A DNA stretch of 32,000 nt from Candidatus Lokiarchaeum ossiferum. GTDB taxonomy: Archaea; Asgardarchaeota; Lokiarchaeia; Sigyniarchaeales; Promethearchaeaceae. The translations under genes and the position numbers were made by a program. This document shows, piece by piece, positions 8,307-17,994 of the stretch (position 1 is its first letter; every line of letters starts with the position of its first letter). Under the pieces are notes generated by a model. It saw nothing but the letters and a program-made list of their open reading frames with translations, was not told the DNA's origin and did no database searches. The DNA is taken from assembly GCA_025839675.1 (NCBI GenBank), contig CP104013.1, positions 900,001 through 932,000 on the forward strand. Reading direction: 5' to 3'.

Positions 8307-10241
8307 TTAAATTCGAGTAAAATCCTCCATTTGTTTTATCGGTTTCTCTTTCATCGGACAAGTTTGAACACAGCACCCACATCCAATGCATAATGAAGTA
8401 TTTATTTCTGCTTGACCATTAATTTCTTCTATAGCTGGACAGGCAAATTCAAGCAAGCATTTCTTTATATTTCTACAAATATCATGATCGATATAGTATG
8501 GATTTGCTAAAGTCCCCGCTTTTCTCTCGGCCGTGCTCCTCATTAAGGCACAAGGTTCTTCTTGAATAACCACCGCAAGAGTCTTTTCAGTTTTAGCAAA
8601 ATTAAAAGCATCAACAAGGGCATTTTCAAGCAACTCCTCATTATAAGCCGGCACTCGCTTAATAAATTTCACCCCCCATGCAGATAAAGTATCATCCATA
8701 CTAATGGTTTTTGCATCAGCATATTTATGAGATAACTTCGCTCCCCGTGACTTTTTCCCAGTGTTTGGATTTGGTTGATGCCCAGTCATCGCAGTAATTC
8801 CATTATCCATGATCATCAACACTTGCATGTGCTTATTGAATATTGTATTCACAATCCCAGGCATACCTGCGTGGAAGAAGGTTGAATCACCGAGGAACGA
8901 CATAATTGGAACATCTTTAAGTGCTAAAGACATCCCAGATGCAGAGGGCACTCCAGAGCCCATACTATAAAGTACTTTTCCTTGTTCATAGGGGGGGAGA
9001 TAACCTAAAGTATAGCATCCAATATCAGCCATAGAATATCCCTTCAGTTTTTTCATTATTTTAGTCGCGACATGAAATGATGTTCGATGTCCGCACCCTG
9101 GGCATAGCTGAGGAGGTCTTTTAGGAACATCCAAAGTTGGCGTATATATTTGGGAAGGATTATCTATGCCTAGAATATCGGCCAGCATTTGAACCAAACG
9201 ACTGGGGGAATATTCTGAAATCATTAGATCTATAAAATTCTTTTCTTTCATTTTGCCAATAATTTCCACATTGGATATTTGATTGTCAAAAAGAGCAATT
9301 TTTATAGCCGATTCGAAAATTGGATCTAATTCTTCAAGTATCTTGATTTTTTTATACTTTTTTATGAAGGCAAGTATTTTTTCAATCGGCAAAGGGTAAA
9401 CAATCCCAATTTTTAGAATTGCAACACTTACACCTAACAGTCGAAGAGCGCTTTTAAGAGCAGCATAAGCATGACCACTGGTAATAATTCCAATTTGAGG
9501 AGATTCATCCCCATAGATTTCTTCAGTTAAAAGTTCTCCAGAGTTTGCCAAAGTTTTCCATTTTTCTAAATTTTCTAATGCTTTTCTTCTTAGAGGAGCT
9601 AAAGTAGCAGGCAATGGAATATAGCCACCTTCAAGATTTGGATCAAATTTTCTTGGGATTTCACTTACATGTTTGGGTCCAAACTTTACTACACCAGTCT
9701 GATGACAAATTCGAGTCGTAGAACGGATTACAACAGGCATTCTCCATTCTTGAGAATATTTCATGGCAAAACAGAAGAAATCTTTTGCTTCTTGCGCATT
9801 AGAGGGTTCCAACATAGGAATTTTTCCCAACTTTGCATAGTGACGATTGTCTTGTTCATTTTGAGATGAATGGGGACCTGGATCATCCCCTAAAATTATC
9901 ACCAATCCTCCCGGTAAAGTATATTTACTTAATTGAACAAAAGAATCGGATGCAACATTCAATCCCACACTTTTCATGAACATGCACGATGGGGCTCCGC
10001 CAATTGAAGCCGTTGCAGCTATTTCTAAAGCGACTTTCTCATTTGTCGAAAATTCAAAATAAATATCACTTTCATCTTGTATTTGTGATAATCGAACCCC
10101 CATTTCACTTGTAGGAGATCCAGGATATGCTGTTGCCACTTTAACACCCGCTTCAATCATTCCCCGAACAAAAGCATCATTTCCTAATAGAATTTCTTGA
10201 TGGGGGGCATCCTTCAGAATTGAGAATTTATAATCAACCAT
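8307..10241 (-). CDS. iorA: indolepyruvate:ferredoxin oxidoreductase, alpha subunit (TPP- and 4Fe-4S-binding)
   Basis: 644 aa. TPP motif GDSTFFHAGMPGIVN...MDNGITAMTGHQ. C-terminal ferredoxin-like Cys motifs (CRNIKKC...CPAI, CIGCGCCVQTCP). SD-like TGAGGTCGA lies about 12 nt upstream. Confidence 0.85.
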   Translation of the reverse strand: MVDYKFSILKDAPHQEILLGNDAFVRGMIEAGVKVATAYPGSPTSEMGVRLSQIQDESDIYFEFSTNEKVALEIAATASIGGAPSCMFMKSVGLNVASDSFVQLSKYTLPGGLVIILGDDPGPHSSQNEQDNRHYAKLGKIPMLEPSNAQEAKDFFCFAMKYSQEWRMPVVIRSTTRICHQTGVVKFGPKHVSEIPRKFDPNLEGGYIPLPATLAPLRRKALENLEKWKTLANSGELLTEEIYGDESPQIGIITSGHAYAALKSALRLLGVSVAILKIGIVYPLPIEKILAFIKKYKKIKILEELDPIFESAIKIALFDNQISNVEIIGKMKEKNFIDLMISEYSPSRLVQMLADILGIDNPSQIYTPTLDVPKRPPQLCPGCGHRTSFHVATKIMKKLKGYSMADIGCYTLGYLPPYEQGKVLYSMGSGVPSASGMSLALKDVPIMSFLGDSTFFHAGMPGIVNTIFNKHMQVLMIMDNGITAMTGHQPNPNTGKKSRGAKLSHKYADAKTISMDDTLSAWGVKFIKRVPAYNEELLENALVDAFNFAKTEKTLAVVIQEEPCALMRSTAERKAGTLANPYYIDHDICRNIKKCLLEFACPAIEEINGQAEINTSLCIGCGCCVQTCPMKEKPIKQMEDFTRI

Positions 10242-10512
10242 TTTTATTTATCGACCTCATTTTTGTCCACCTTAGATTTAGTTGATAGGGAGTCTATTTA
10301 AAAATTTAGCTTAAATTTTAATTGTGAAGTTAAAAAAAACCCTATAAAACGTGAGAATTAAGTGATACATGCCTAATTTTTGATTAAACATAAATATGAA
10401 AAAAATATGTTGAAATGACTAATTAAATTCCGTGCCACACAATTGACTGTGAAATCTATCCCCCTTTAAAGTGAAATAAAAACCCAATCATCGATCTGCG
10501 AATTTTCTATCT

Positions 10513-11046
10513 TTACTCAACTTGTTTTGAAAATTCTTGATTCGATGGAGATTTGAAAGAAAATTTCCGATAAATAGCAGGAGTATGTTTTTGATAAATA
10601 TATATTAAATTGCACCATCCTACTCCAATGAAACCAATCAAATATGGCCAATTCAATTTATTATCTTTAGTTAAGGAAAACACATTTAATGCCAATCCAA
10701 AACTATTGATTCCTAAATTCAGGAACAAAATGAGGAGATAAGTGAAATGATTTCGGTAAGGATCCTCCTTCCTGTATTTTTGGTGAAATTTTTTAAATAA
10801 ATAACCGTGGCTTAACAGCAGAATTCCTATACTAAGGCCAATTGAAATATATACAAGTAAATTCATATTTGCATAGACCCACACTTCATTTCTGTTTTCT
10901 TGAGGTGGTTCTTGGGAAAAGGTCCAATTTAAAATAAAGAGTATCAAGAGATACACGGCGGTTGTGAGAAATGTGGTAATGATAATCAAGAAATTCGCAG
11001 CTTGATTATATGGTTCTTCTATATTATTGCTATCAAATTGGTTCAA
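10513..11046 (-). CDS. hypothetical integral membrane protein (about 4 TM)
   Basis: Four long hydrophobic segments. The ORF needs a TTG start at 11046 because there is no early ATG. No motif recognised. Confidence 0.4.
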   Translation of the reverse strand: MNQFDSNNIEEPYNQAANFLIIITTFLTTAVYLLILFILNWTFSQEPPQENRNEVWVYANMNLLVYISIGLSIGILLLSHGYLFKKFHQKYRKEDPYRNHFTYLLILFLNLGINSFGLALNVFSLTKDNKLNWPYLIGFIGVGWCNLIYIYQKHTPAIYRKFSFKSPSNQEFSKQVE

Positions 11047-11421
11047 TTTATTTTACCCTTGTCATTTTAAGTATTGCTTCAAATTTTAAATTTCTTCAAT
11101 TTATTTTGTTGTTATATCCTTCTTTAGGAAAAATCCAAGAGTTTAAATCCAAAATAAAAAAACTCAACTTTTTCTCTTTAATTATTTCTAAAATAAAATA
11201 ACCTATCTTCCAAAATCTCGACCCTTGTTTCCTATATATTATTTCTTCCTCGACAAAAATATCGTATATTTTCGGTTCGACTCTTCACAGTTTGCACCAC
11301 TTTAGAGGTTCGGTTAAAAACTTTACTTCTTATCCGAAAGTTTTTTATGGTTTCTCTCACTACTGATCATAATCTTCTTCACTTTGTGTTGGTGGAGTCG
11401 AGGATGCAATGGTTCAACACA

Positions 11422-11560
11422 TCCGAGATAGCCAAGCCTGGTCAATTTTGGTGTACTGGTAAATTCCTATATTAGATTATGGGTCAGACCTAAGACTATC
11501 GGCGCTGGACTTAAGATCCAGTTTCATAGGAATACGTGCGTTCGAAGCGCACTCTCGGAA
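11422..11560 (+). tRNA. tRNA-Leu(UAA), class II, with a ~55-nt insertion (putative intron, ~11446-11500) in the D-loop
   Basis: Acceptor TCCGAGA/TCTCGGA plus discriminator A. D-arm GCC-AAGCCTGGTCAA[insert]GGC. Anticodon stem CTGGA/TCCAG with loop CTTAAGA. Variable arm TTTCATAGGAATAC. T-arm GTGCG-TTCGAAG-CGCAC. Confidence 0.7.
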
Positions 11561-11753
11561 CTATCTTTTTCTTCTATTTAATGACGATAAGCGACTTTTG
11601 GGATACATATTCAAATTTCATTTAGTAAGGATGTGTACATTATATTGACATTAATAAATAAACTTGAGAAAGTCGACTGAATCTACCATTAGAAACAAAA
11701 AAATTGGTAAAGTTTAGCAATGAGTTCTTTGCTAAAAAGGGAATGAAAAAAAG

Positions 11754-13154
11754 TTAATTGAGAATAAATTTGCTCAACTTTTCAGATAAAGTTAAAAATA
11801 AACTCCCCGCAACCCTCTCTTCTTTAGCGACTAATTCTTTTCGGGAAGCGGAACATAATTTCAATAATTCAGAAACACCATCCATAAGAGAAAGATCAAT
11901 AAAGGTTTTATGAGGTCGGAGAATCCGATCAGGATTTTGAAGGCTCACCACTATTTTTGGGGCAATTTCATCAATCACAGCATGCAATTGAGCATCTTTT
12001 CGATCGGGTTCAAAACTTTTATCCAGAATAGAATGCATTTTTTGCAAAACATCTTCGAGAAATTGTTTCATGGTATGATTTGGAGGGAAATTAATTTTGT
12101 CTGCCACTCGGCGTTCGGTAAATTTCATGATTTCTTCCCAAATGTGAGTGTATCGCCGCACTTGATTATAAACAACCTTATTGATTTCGGTGGAAACATG
12201 ACCATGAAATTCTTTATCGGGTTTATCCATATAGTCATTAGAAGCTTGCATTATTGCAGTATTATCTAAAAACTCAAGAGTCGTGCGACCAATAGGCCCA
12301 TTTGGATGACATATAGCAGGTAAAATGACAGCCCCTGTTTTTTTATGAAGAGAAATAAAACTTTGAGGAGTGTGAATTAGATAAGGTAGCTTACCATGGA
12401 GACAAGGGGTTCGAAGCTGGGAAGAAGAGGCATAATCATGGTAAACAACAATGGAATGATTATTTTTCAAATCTCGGGTTAAATGGGGAGCAAGGAAGGA
12501 AAAAGATGTGCTCCCATAAATATAGAAATTATCGTACCGTTCTCGATTGTTGTATTCATACATGGGAATATTCTTGATGCTCCCGATAGTTGACACTTTA
12601 TAATGATTAGGATGGCAAACTAATCCGAAATTTGCATGAAAAAATTGACCCACATGCGGGGTAGTAATAATAACCCCTTTTCCTTGAGCAATCGCAGCTT
12701 CAAAACGCTCAAAATGTTTTAAGGATATATTTTTTCTTCCATTCCTGTGAACGATTAAGGGAAAATTGAAGAAAATATCCATCATTAAGGAACCCATATA
12801 TTTGGAACTTGCATCACATAATTTTCGGATTGATTTTTCAGAATAATTTGGATGAAGTGCTCGAAGACCCGCTTTTGTTCTTCTTTTTACTTTTCTTGAA
12901 GTACCTAAGATAAAATGACCAATAAAATGACCTATGCTATTAAAAAAGTGCAAGGGAGTATAGAGAAACATGCGATAGATCCCTTTCGTGATGTAAAATC
13001 TTAAAAATGAATAAGCAGGACCAAGTGAATCGCCCCAACTTTGTCCCTCTTTTTTGTCCCTTATCCCTTTTACTTTTTCCTTTTTAGTTTTAGCCTTAAA
13101 TTCAGTGCGAGTATGATTAATTTGTTTCGGGATGAAAATTTTTACTCCAACCAT
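11754..13154 (-). CDS. LpxL/HtrB/MsbB-family (lipid A biosynthesis-type, PF03279-like) acyltransferase homolog with N-terminal TM and ~110-aa C-terminal extension
   Basis: Compared by eye with my recollection of E. coli LpxL. RRTKAGLRALHPNYSE resembles RRAKIVHRNLELCFPEMSE. GKGVIITTPHVGQFF resembles KRGILLVGIHFLTLE. VVYHDYASSSQLRTPCLHGK...TGAVILPAICHP resembles WYAPDHDYGPRSSVFVPLF...SGACLVPFVP. The His is conserved but the +5 acidic residue is Phe. Confidence 0.55.
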   Translation of the reverse strand: MVGVKIFIPKQINHTRTEFKAKTKKEKVKGIRDKKEGQSWGDSLGPAYSFLRFYITKGIYRMFLYTPLHFFNSIGHFIGHFILGTSRKVKRRTKAGLRALHPNYSEKSIRKLCDASSKYMGSLMMDIFFNFPLIVHRNGRKNISLKHFERFEAAIAQGKGVIITTPHVGQFFHANFGLVCHPNHYKVSTIGSIKNIPMYEYNNRERYDNFYIYGSTSFSFLAPHLTRDLKNNHSIVVYHDYASSSQLRTPCLHGKLPYLIHTPQSFISLHKKTGAVILPAICHPNGPIGRTTLEFLDNTAIMQASNDYMDKPDKEFHGHVSTEINKVVYNQVRRYTHIWEEIMKFTERRVADKINFPPNHTMKQFLEDVLQKMHSILDKSFEPDRKDAQLHAVIDEIAPKIVVSLQNPDRILRPHKTFIDLSLMDGVSELLKLCSASRKELVAKEERVAGSLFLTLSEKLSKFILN

Positions 13155-13544
13155 TTTTCAAAACTGGTACATTTTTGATTAAATTTATATTTTTTTGCTC
13201 AAAATGGAGGTTTCAGATTACCGATTTTTGGTATTTAATTGAAAAAGGGAAGAGAAAAATTCAAGAGAAGCCCTATATCAAATGAGATATTTTGAATTTA
13301 AAAATTGGAGGATTCACATCAAAAGGATGATTTATCCGTTTTTTCTTTAAAATAATTGTTCCTAAGATAATACTTTGAATCACAGCAACAAAAAATACAC
13401 TGTAAGTCAAACGGATTAAATCGTTTGGAAAATTTAATTTGCAAAAGACTCATTTGAAAGCATAAAAAATGTAGTCTGTGAAATTAAAAAAGGTTCCCCA
13501 TTAAAGAGTTCGATTATTTAAGGGAAATCTTTTATTGATGGAAA

Positions 13545-13973
13545 TCATTGAAAAATATCTTGAAACAACACTTGCACATTTGGTCGTGTATCAGAGTCAT
13601 GCAAAAATATGGAAATGTCCCCTTTAAAATCGGAATACAAAGTTTCCAACTCATGACCCCATCTAGCTTCAAACCGTACACCAAAGTTTTTAAGAGCATC
13701 CATCACAGGGCGCGTAGGACTCACTCCAATAACTAAAACTTCTAAAGAGTACTTCCCAGCCCGCATGATCAAATATTTATTTGAAATTTGGGCATGCCCA
13801 ATTTGTCCTTCTTTTTGGGGAATGATAATTTGCTTTCGAGCAATGGTTTGGCGGATTTCTTCGACAAGATTTGCATCAAATTCAAGATTTGGGGCGGATT
13901 GAAGAAAAATCACATGGAAATTTTCATTATGAAACACCAATAAATATTCATAGGACTGACTTAGGGGCACCAT
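13545..13973 (-). CDS. hypothetical small protein, possible longin/roadblock-like fold
   Basis: 142 aa with an ATG start. EYLLVFHNENFHVIFLQS ... LVEEIRQTIA ... YLIMRAGKYSLEVLVIGVS ... VMDALKNFGVRFEARW gives a beta-beta-alpha-beta-beta-beta-alpha pattern. Confidence 0.4.
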   Translation of the reverse strand: MVPLSQSYEYLLVFHNENFHVIFLQSAPNLEFDANLVEEIRQTIARKQIIIPQKEGQIGHAQISNKYLIMRAGKYSLEVLVIGVSPTRPVMDALKNFGVRFEARWGHELETLYSDFKGDISIFLHDSDTRPNVQVLFQDIFQ

Positions 13974-14104
13974 TGATCAGTTAAAATATGAATTGCTACC
14001 TTAAATTTTTTAGGGCTCTCAAAAGACTTGAAAGGAAAATTTGAAAGAATGAATGAATAGAAAAAAGGAGAAAAACCTAGAAAACAAGATATTGTATAGG
14101 ATTG

Positions 14105-15046
14105 TTAGCTATAGCGCATCATGGTATCAATACTTTTAACCGCTTTTTCGGCGATTTCTGCTGGAACTCGCACTTCAAATTGAGATTCTTGGGGGGTCCC
14201 GATAGATTCTAAAACGAGAAGGATTTTCTCAAGAGTGATTTTCTTCATATTTCGGCAAACAGCATCCGATGAAAGAGGAAATAGTTTTTTAGAAGGATAT
14301 TTATCTTGTAGATGATCACTAAGACCAATTTCAGTCCCCAAAATGAATCCTGCAGGAATATCATGAGTTTCCACATACTGAATCATTCCAGAAGTCGAAC
14401 CAACATAATCGGCTTGTCTTAGGACTTCAATGGGAGATTCAGGATGGCAAAGTAAATGAGCCCCTGGATGAGCGGCTCGGGCTTCATGAACATGATCAAT
14501 AGAAAATTGATTATGAACCAAACAATTCCCATTGGGAGGAACGGGAATGACATTCAATCCTGATTCTTGCTTCACCCATGCAGCGAGGTTTTTATCTGGT
14601 CCAAATAAGATATTGTCGGTTTTCCAATCTTTGGCCACATTTTTAACAATGGTCAATGCATTGGATGAGGTGCAACATACATCCGCAGCAGCCTTAGTTT
14701 GGGCCGTAGTATTGACATAAACGATTAATGGTGCTTTAGGATATTGGCTTTTATACTCTAAAATTACAGAAGGATTAATAAAGTTAGAAAGAGGACAACC
14801 TGCCCTTAACTCCGGAGAAAGAACGACTTTATCTTGATTAAGAATTGAGGCTGTTTCTGCCATGAACTTAACAGCAGCAAACAGGATATAGGGAGTATTA
14901 ATCTCATTTTTCGCAACTTTGGCTAGACCCAAAGAATCGCCCATAACATCGGCTATTTTTTGAACTTCCAAAGGTTGATAATAGTGAGCCAGTATGGTGA
15001 CCCCTTTTTCGGTTTTAAGACGGCGAATTTTATCACTCAAGGACAT
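14105..15046 (-). CDS. nadA: quinolinate synthase
   Basis: 313 aa with ILAHYYQ, GDSLGLA, KFMAETASIL and conserved Cys residues in positions typical of NadA. Confidence 0.85.
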   Translation of the reverse strand: MSLSDKIRRLKTEKGVTILAHYYQPLEVQKIADVMGDSLGLAKVAKNEINTPYILFAAVKFMAETASILNQDKVVLSPELRAGCPLSNFINPSVILEYKSQYPKAPLIVYVNTTAQTKAAADVCCTSSNALTIVKNVAKDWKTDNILFGPDKNLAAWVKQESGLNVIPVPPNGNCLVHNQFSIDHVHEARAAHPGAHLLCHPESPIEVLRQADYVGSTSGMIQYVETHDIPAGFILGTEIGLSDHLQDKYPSKKLFPLSSDAVCRNMKKITLEKILLVLESIGTPQESQFEVRVPAEIAEKAVKSIDTMMRYS

Positions 15047-15224
15047 TATACTTGGATTAATGCCACAATGAATAATAAGTTAATTTGAATCTTTAAGAAG
15101 GAAAACCACTATATCAAATATAACAACTCCAAATTTTTTAGAAGAAAATTTGTAATATATGTGATTAATTAATGCACAACCTTTAAAAGAATGGAGATCT
15201 TTAGTAACCCAGAGGAAACGAAAC

Positions 15225-16172
15225 ATGACCCTAACATGTGACTTAAGTAAAGATAATTGCTTCCAAGTTTTGATTGTTGGAGGTGGTCCTGCCGCAGTAT
15301 CGGCCGCGATTTACTGTCATCGATTTGATTTGAAAACTATAATGATTGGTCAAGAATATGGAGGAGCAATCGCACGGACATATCTACTTGAAAATTACCC
15401 CGGATTTCCCGAAACTTCGGGTTATGATCTTATGGAATCATTTCAAAAGCATTACGAACACTTCAAAATCCCCTTTGTCTACGAAACAGTATCTAAAATT
15501 GAAAAAGATAATATTGATGAATTTACAGTGACGGTGTCAGGGGGAGAACAATATCACGCTTGCTCAGTGATAATTGCTACAGGCACAAAACATCGAAAGA
15601 TGAATGTCCCGGGAGAAGATGAATTTCATGGAAGGGGAGTATCCTATTGTGGAACTTGTGATGGTCCATTTTTCCGTGACAAGGATATTATCGTCGTTGG
15701 AGGCTCGGATAGTGCAGCGGTAGAAGCCCTCTTTCTGTCTAGATTTGGACGAAAGGTGAATATTGTGTATCGAAGGGATAAAATCAGATCAGAACCCATC
15801 AATACTGCTCGATGTCATGCAGATGAAAAAATTGAGATAATTAATAATACGATCATCACTAAAATAAATGGTACCGATAAAGTGGAATCGGTTGAATTTC
15901 AAGACGGAACCATTTTTCCAACCGATGCGGTTTTTATTGAAATTGGAGCAATTCCTCAAAGCGATCTTGCAAAAGAGTTAGGTGCAAAACTTAATGATCG
16001 GGGTGAGATTATTGTAGATAAATACGCCCAGACCAATATTTCAGGATTATTTGCAGCGGGAGATGTCACAGATATTCGGGAAAAGCAAGTAATTACTGCT
16101 TGTGGACAAGCTGTTACTGCATCCTATTCTGTTCGCGATTATCTTGACGAAAAAGGTTGCACTGACGAATAA
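15225..16172 (+). CDS. trxB: thioredoxin-disulfide reductase
   Basis: FAD motif VGGGPAA, redox-active CGTCDG, second dinucleotide motif VGGSDSAAVEA, and C-terminal GLFAAGDV. SD-like AGAGGAAA lies upstream. Confidence 0.85.
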   Translation: MTLTCDLSKDNCFQVLIVGGGPAAVSAAIYCHRFDLKTIMIGQEYGGAIARTYLLENYPGFPETSGYDLMESFQKHYEHFKIPFVYETVSKIEKDNIDEFTVTVSGGEQYHACSVIIATGTKHRKMNVPGEDEFHGRGVSYCGTCDGPFFRDKDIIVVGGSDSAAVEALFLSRFGRKVNIVYRRDKIRSEPINTARCHADEKIEIINNTIITKINGTDKVESVEFQDGTIFPTDAVFIEIGAIPQSDLAKELGAKLNDRGEIIVDKYAQTNISGLFAAGDVTDIREKQVITACGQAVTASYSVRDYLDEKGCTDE

Positions 16173-16392
16173 TTCGATTCAGGATCCATTTGAGATCGCA
16201 ATTTTTTTTATTAAGTTCTTCTATACGAAAGCTTTTAGAAACTTCATGAAGGCTTTTTGCAAAATATAATTATAAATAAGAATCTTGTTCTATGAGCCAT
16301 AGGGCTAATTTTAAGAAGAATAAGAAATATCTTCAGGCAATCTAATATAAAAAATATAAAATAAAATCAAGTTTTGGTGGTTTCACGTAAAA

Positions 16393-17274
16393 ATGGTTTT
16401 TAAGAAGATTCATAATAAAAAACACCTATTCATTCTCGGAATACTTGTGTATTTTTCAATCTTGAGCACTTTTAAAATTGGAAACTCAATTCCACCTTTA
16501 GAAACTGATTTAGAGTTTTCTGCAGGTGGGGGAGATTATATCATTTATTATTATGAAAATGGATTAGAAACATCCTACGAGACCTTTGAAACTGGGTATC
16601 GTAAAATTTTATTCACAGAAATCCAAAACTCGACGGAAAAAGTCGTATTTTCGATTTCAGAATTTACGAATTCATCCACAATTGAGAATTGTTTAGGGGA
16701 TCAACTGGAGAATTGGACTTTAACTCAGACTTACAAAAAAACCGTGGATAAATCAAGTACCTCCATTTATAATTTAAAATATTTGATGCCGAAAGATATT
16801 ACGGTTTTACATCATCTTCTCCAGAATGATACTTTTGAACAAAGCCAATTTGGACAAGAACGGGCAGAATATTTTTCCGACAATCGATTTATCGAAACTA
16901 ACACGTTGTCTATTACTGGTACGAATTACACAGCCCAAATTGCTTGGAAAGTTGAATTCGCAAAAAATGAATACTCAATCATTTCCATCACTCGCCGATA
17001 TGAATTAGAGGTAAATGTTGAAATGGAATATAATCGAGCAAATTTATTGAAGGAATATTCCGCAATGTGGTCAGAGCAAACAATTGAAGATACAGGCGCC
17101 CGAAAACCAGTAATTCATACCGAACGACTCATACTATATACAACCTCGATTATCGAACCCCCTGAACCACGAAAAGGGATTACAGGATTTCCAACTTTAA
17201 TATTCATAGGAATTTTTATCGGAACCGCCCATATCCTACAAACCTCCCATCGAAAATGCTTATTGAAAAAATAA
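16393..17274 (+). CDS. secreted/anchored hypothetical protein with signal-like N-terminus and TGF + TM + basic C-terminus
   Basis: N-terminus KKHLFILGILVYFSILSTF. Several N-x-S/T sequons. C-terminus GITGFPTLIFIGIFIGTAHILQTSHRKCLLKK. Confidence 0.55.
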   Translation: MVFKKIHNKKHLFILGILVYFSILSTFKIGNSIPPLETDLEFSAGGGDYIIYYYENGLETSYETFETGYRKILFTEIQNSTEKVVFSISEFTNSSTIENCLGDQLENWTLTQTYKKTVDKSSTSIYNLKYLMPKDITVLHHLLQNDTFEQSQFGQERAEYFSDNRFIETNTLSITGTNYTAQIAWKVEFAKNEYSIISITRRYELEVNVEMEYNRANLLKEYSAMWSEQTIEDTGARKPVIHTERLILYTTSIIEPPEPRKGITGFPTLIFIGIFIGTAHILQTSHRKCLLKK

Positions 17275-17280
17275 AATATC

Positions 17281-17517
17281 TTAGCTGAAAAAATTATAAT
17301 CTGGATGGTATCGAGGGATTATTGACTTCTTCTTCAATTGCAAACTATTTTGATGAATTTTATCGACCAAGGCATCTATTATAAGATAAAATAAAATGAT
17401 ACCGCACAGAATGGCAAATTGAGGAATAAATACAAATCCGATAACAACACCAAGGGTTGCAAATATGAACAATTCAAATCCATGTAGTTTCAAACAAATC
17501 CTCCCCAAACACTTCAT
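17281..17517 (-). CDS. small hypothetical membrane protein (2 TM)
   Basis: 78 aa with an ATG start and two hydrophobic spans (FIFATLGVVIGFVFI, AILCGIILFYLII). Confidence 0.35.
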   Translation of the reverse strand: MKCLGRICLKLHGFELFIFATLGVVIGFVFIPQFAILCGIILFYLIIDALVDKIHQNSLQLKKKSIIPRYHPDYNFFS

Positions 17518-17994
17518 AGAGTTGAAATATTTAAAGATGTTGATTTATTTTTTCCAAGTTTTGAATTTTATAAAGGATACACTCAAAATATTGATAGATG
17601 ATGGTCTTTAGGAATGGAATAACCAATTTTCTGGAATTTTTTGTTCTTTCCAAGAACTTTGGCGTATTTTTTGAAGTTCAAATTAAAGAACTACCACATT
17701 TTATCAATGTTTTCTATGTATAATATACAAAAATGGATCTTTTCTCGCCAATTATCATCCAATTTAATTGGTTTTTAAAAACTAAGAAATATATTGTAGC
17801 GATTAAAAAAAAGATGACTTTTTGTAATAACATTTTAAAAATCCCTTCATTTTCAAATTTTTTCGGAAAAAAAAGCCTTATTATAGATTCTACATAAACA
17901 AGTACATAGTTGGCGACTTAGTCTATTTTTTTAAAAAAATGTGATAGAATTGCCAATTAAAATTCGATTTATTTTGTAGAAAAAGGTTGTAAAA

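Noticed and set aside
11010-11201. A 63-aa plus-strand ORF in the intergenic region after the membrane-protein gene
   Set aside because: It has low-complexity AT-driven Ile/Leu/Phe/Lys composition, overlaps the start of the minus-strand gene, and has no RBS or motif.
11268-11346. GGTTCG T-loop-like motifs and a perfect 9-bp AT hairpin (AAAAACTTT...AAAGTTTTT, 11316-11345) upstream of the tRNA
   Set aside because: No complementary acceptor, D or anticodon stems could be built, so this is not a second tRNA. The hairpin is all A/T and follows no plus-strand gene, so it could be chance in AT-rich DNA or part of the tRNA promoter/leader. This is unresolved.
13155-13544. Long ORF-free AT-rich intergenic regions (13155-13544, 17518-17994, 25231-25651, 26529-26895) as possible ncRNA loci
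   Set aside because: I could not see conserved boxes, stable GC-containing helices or repeats by eye. They are most simply promoter and UTR regions between divergent or tandem genes. Transcriptome data would be needed to say more.
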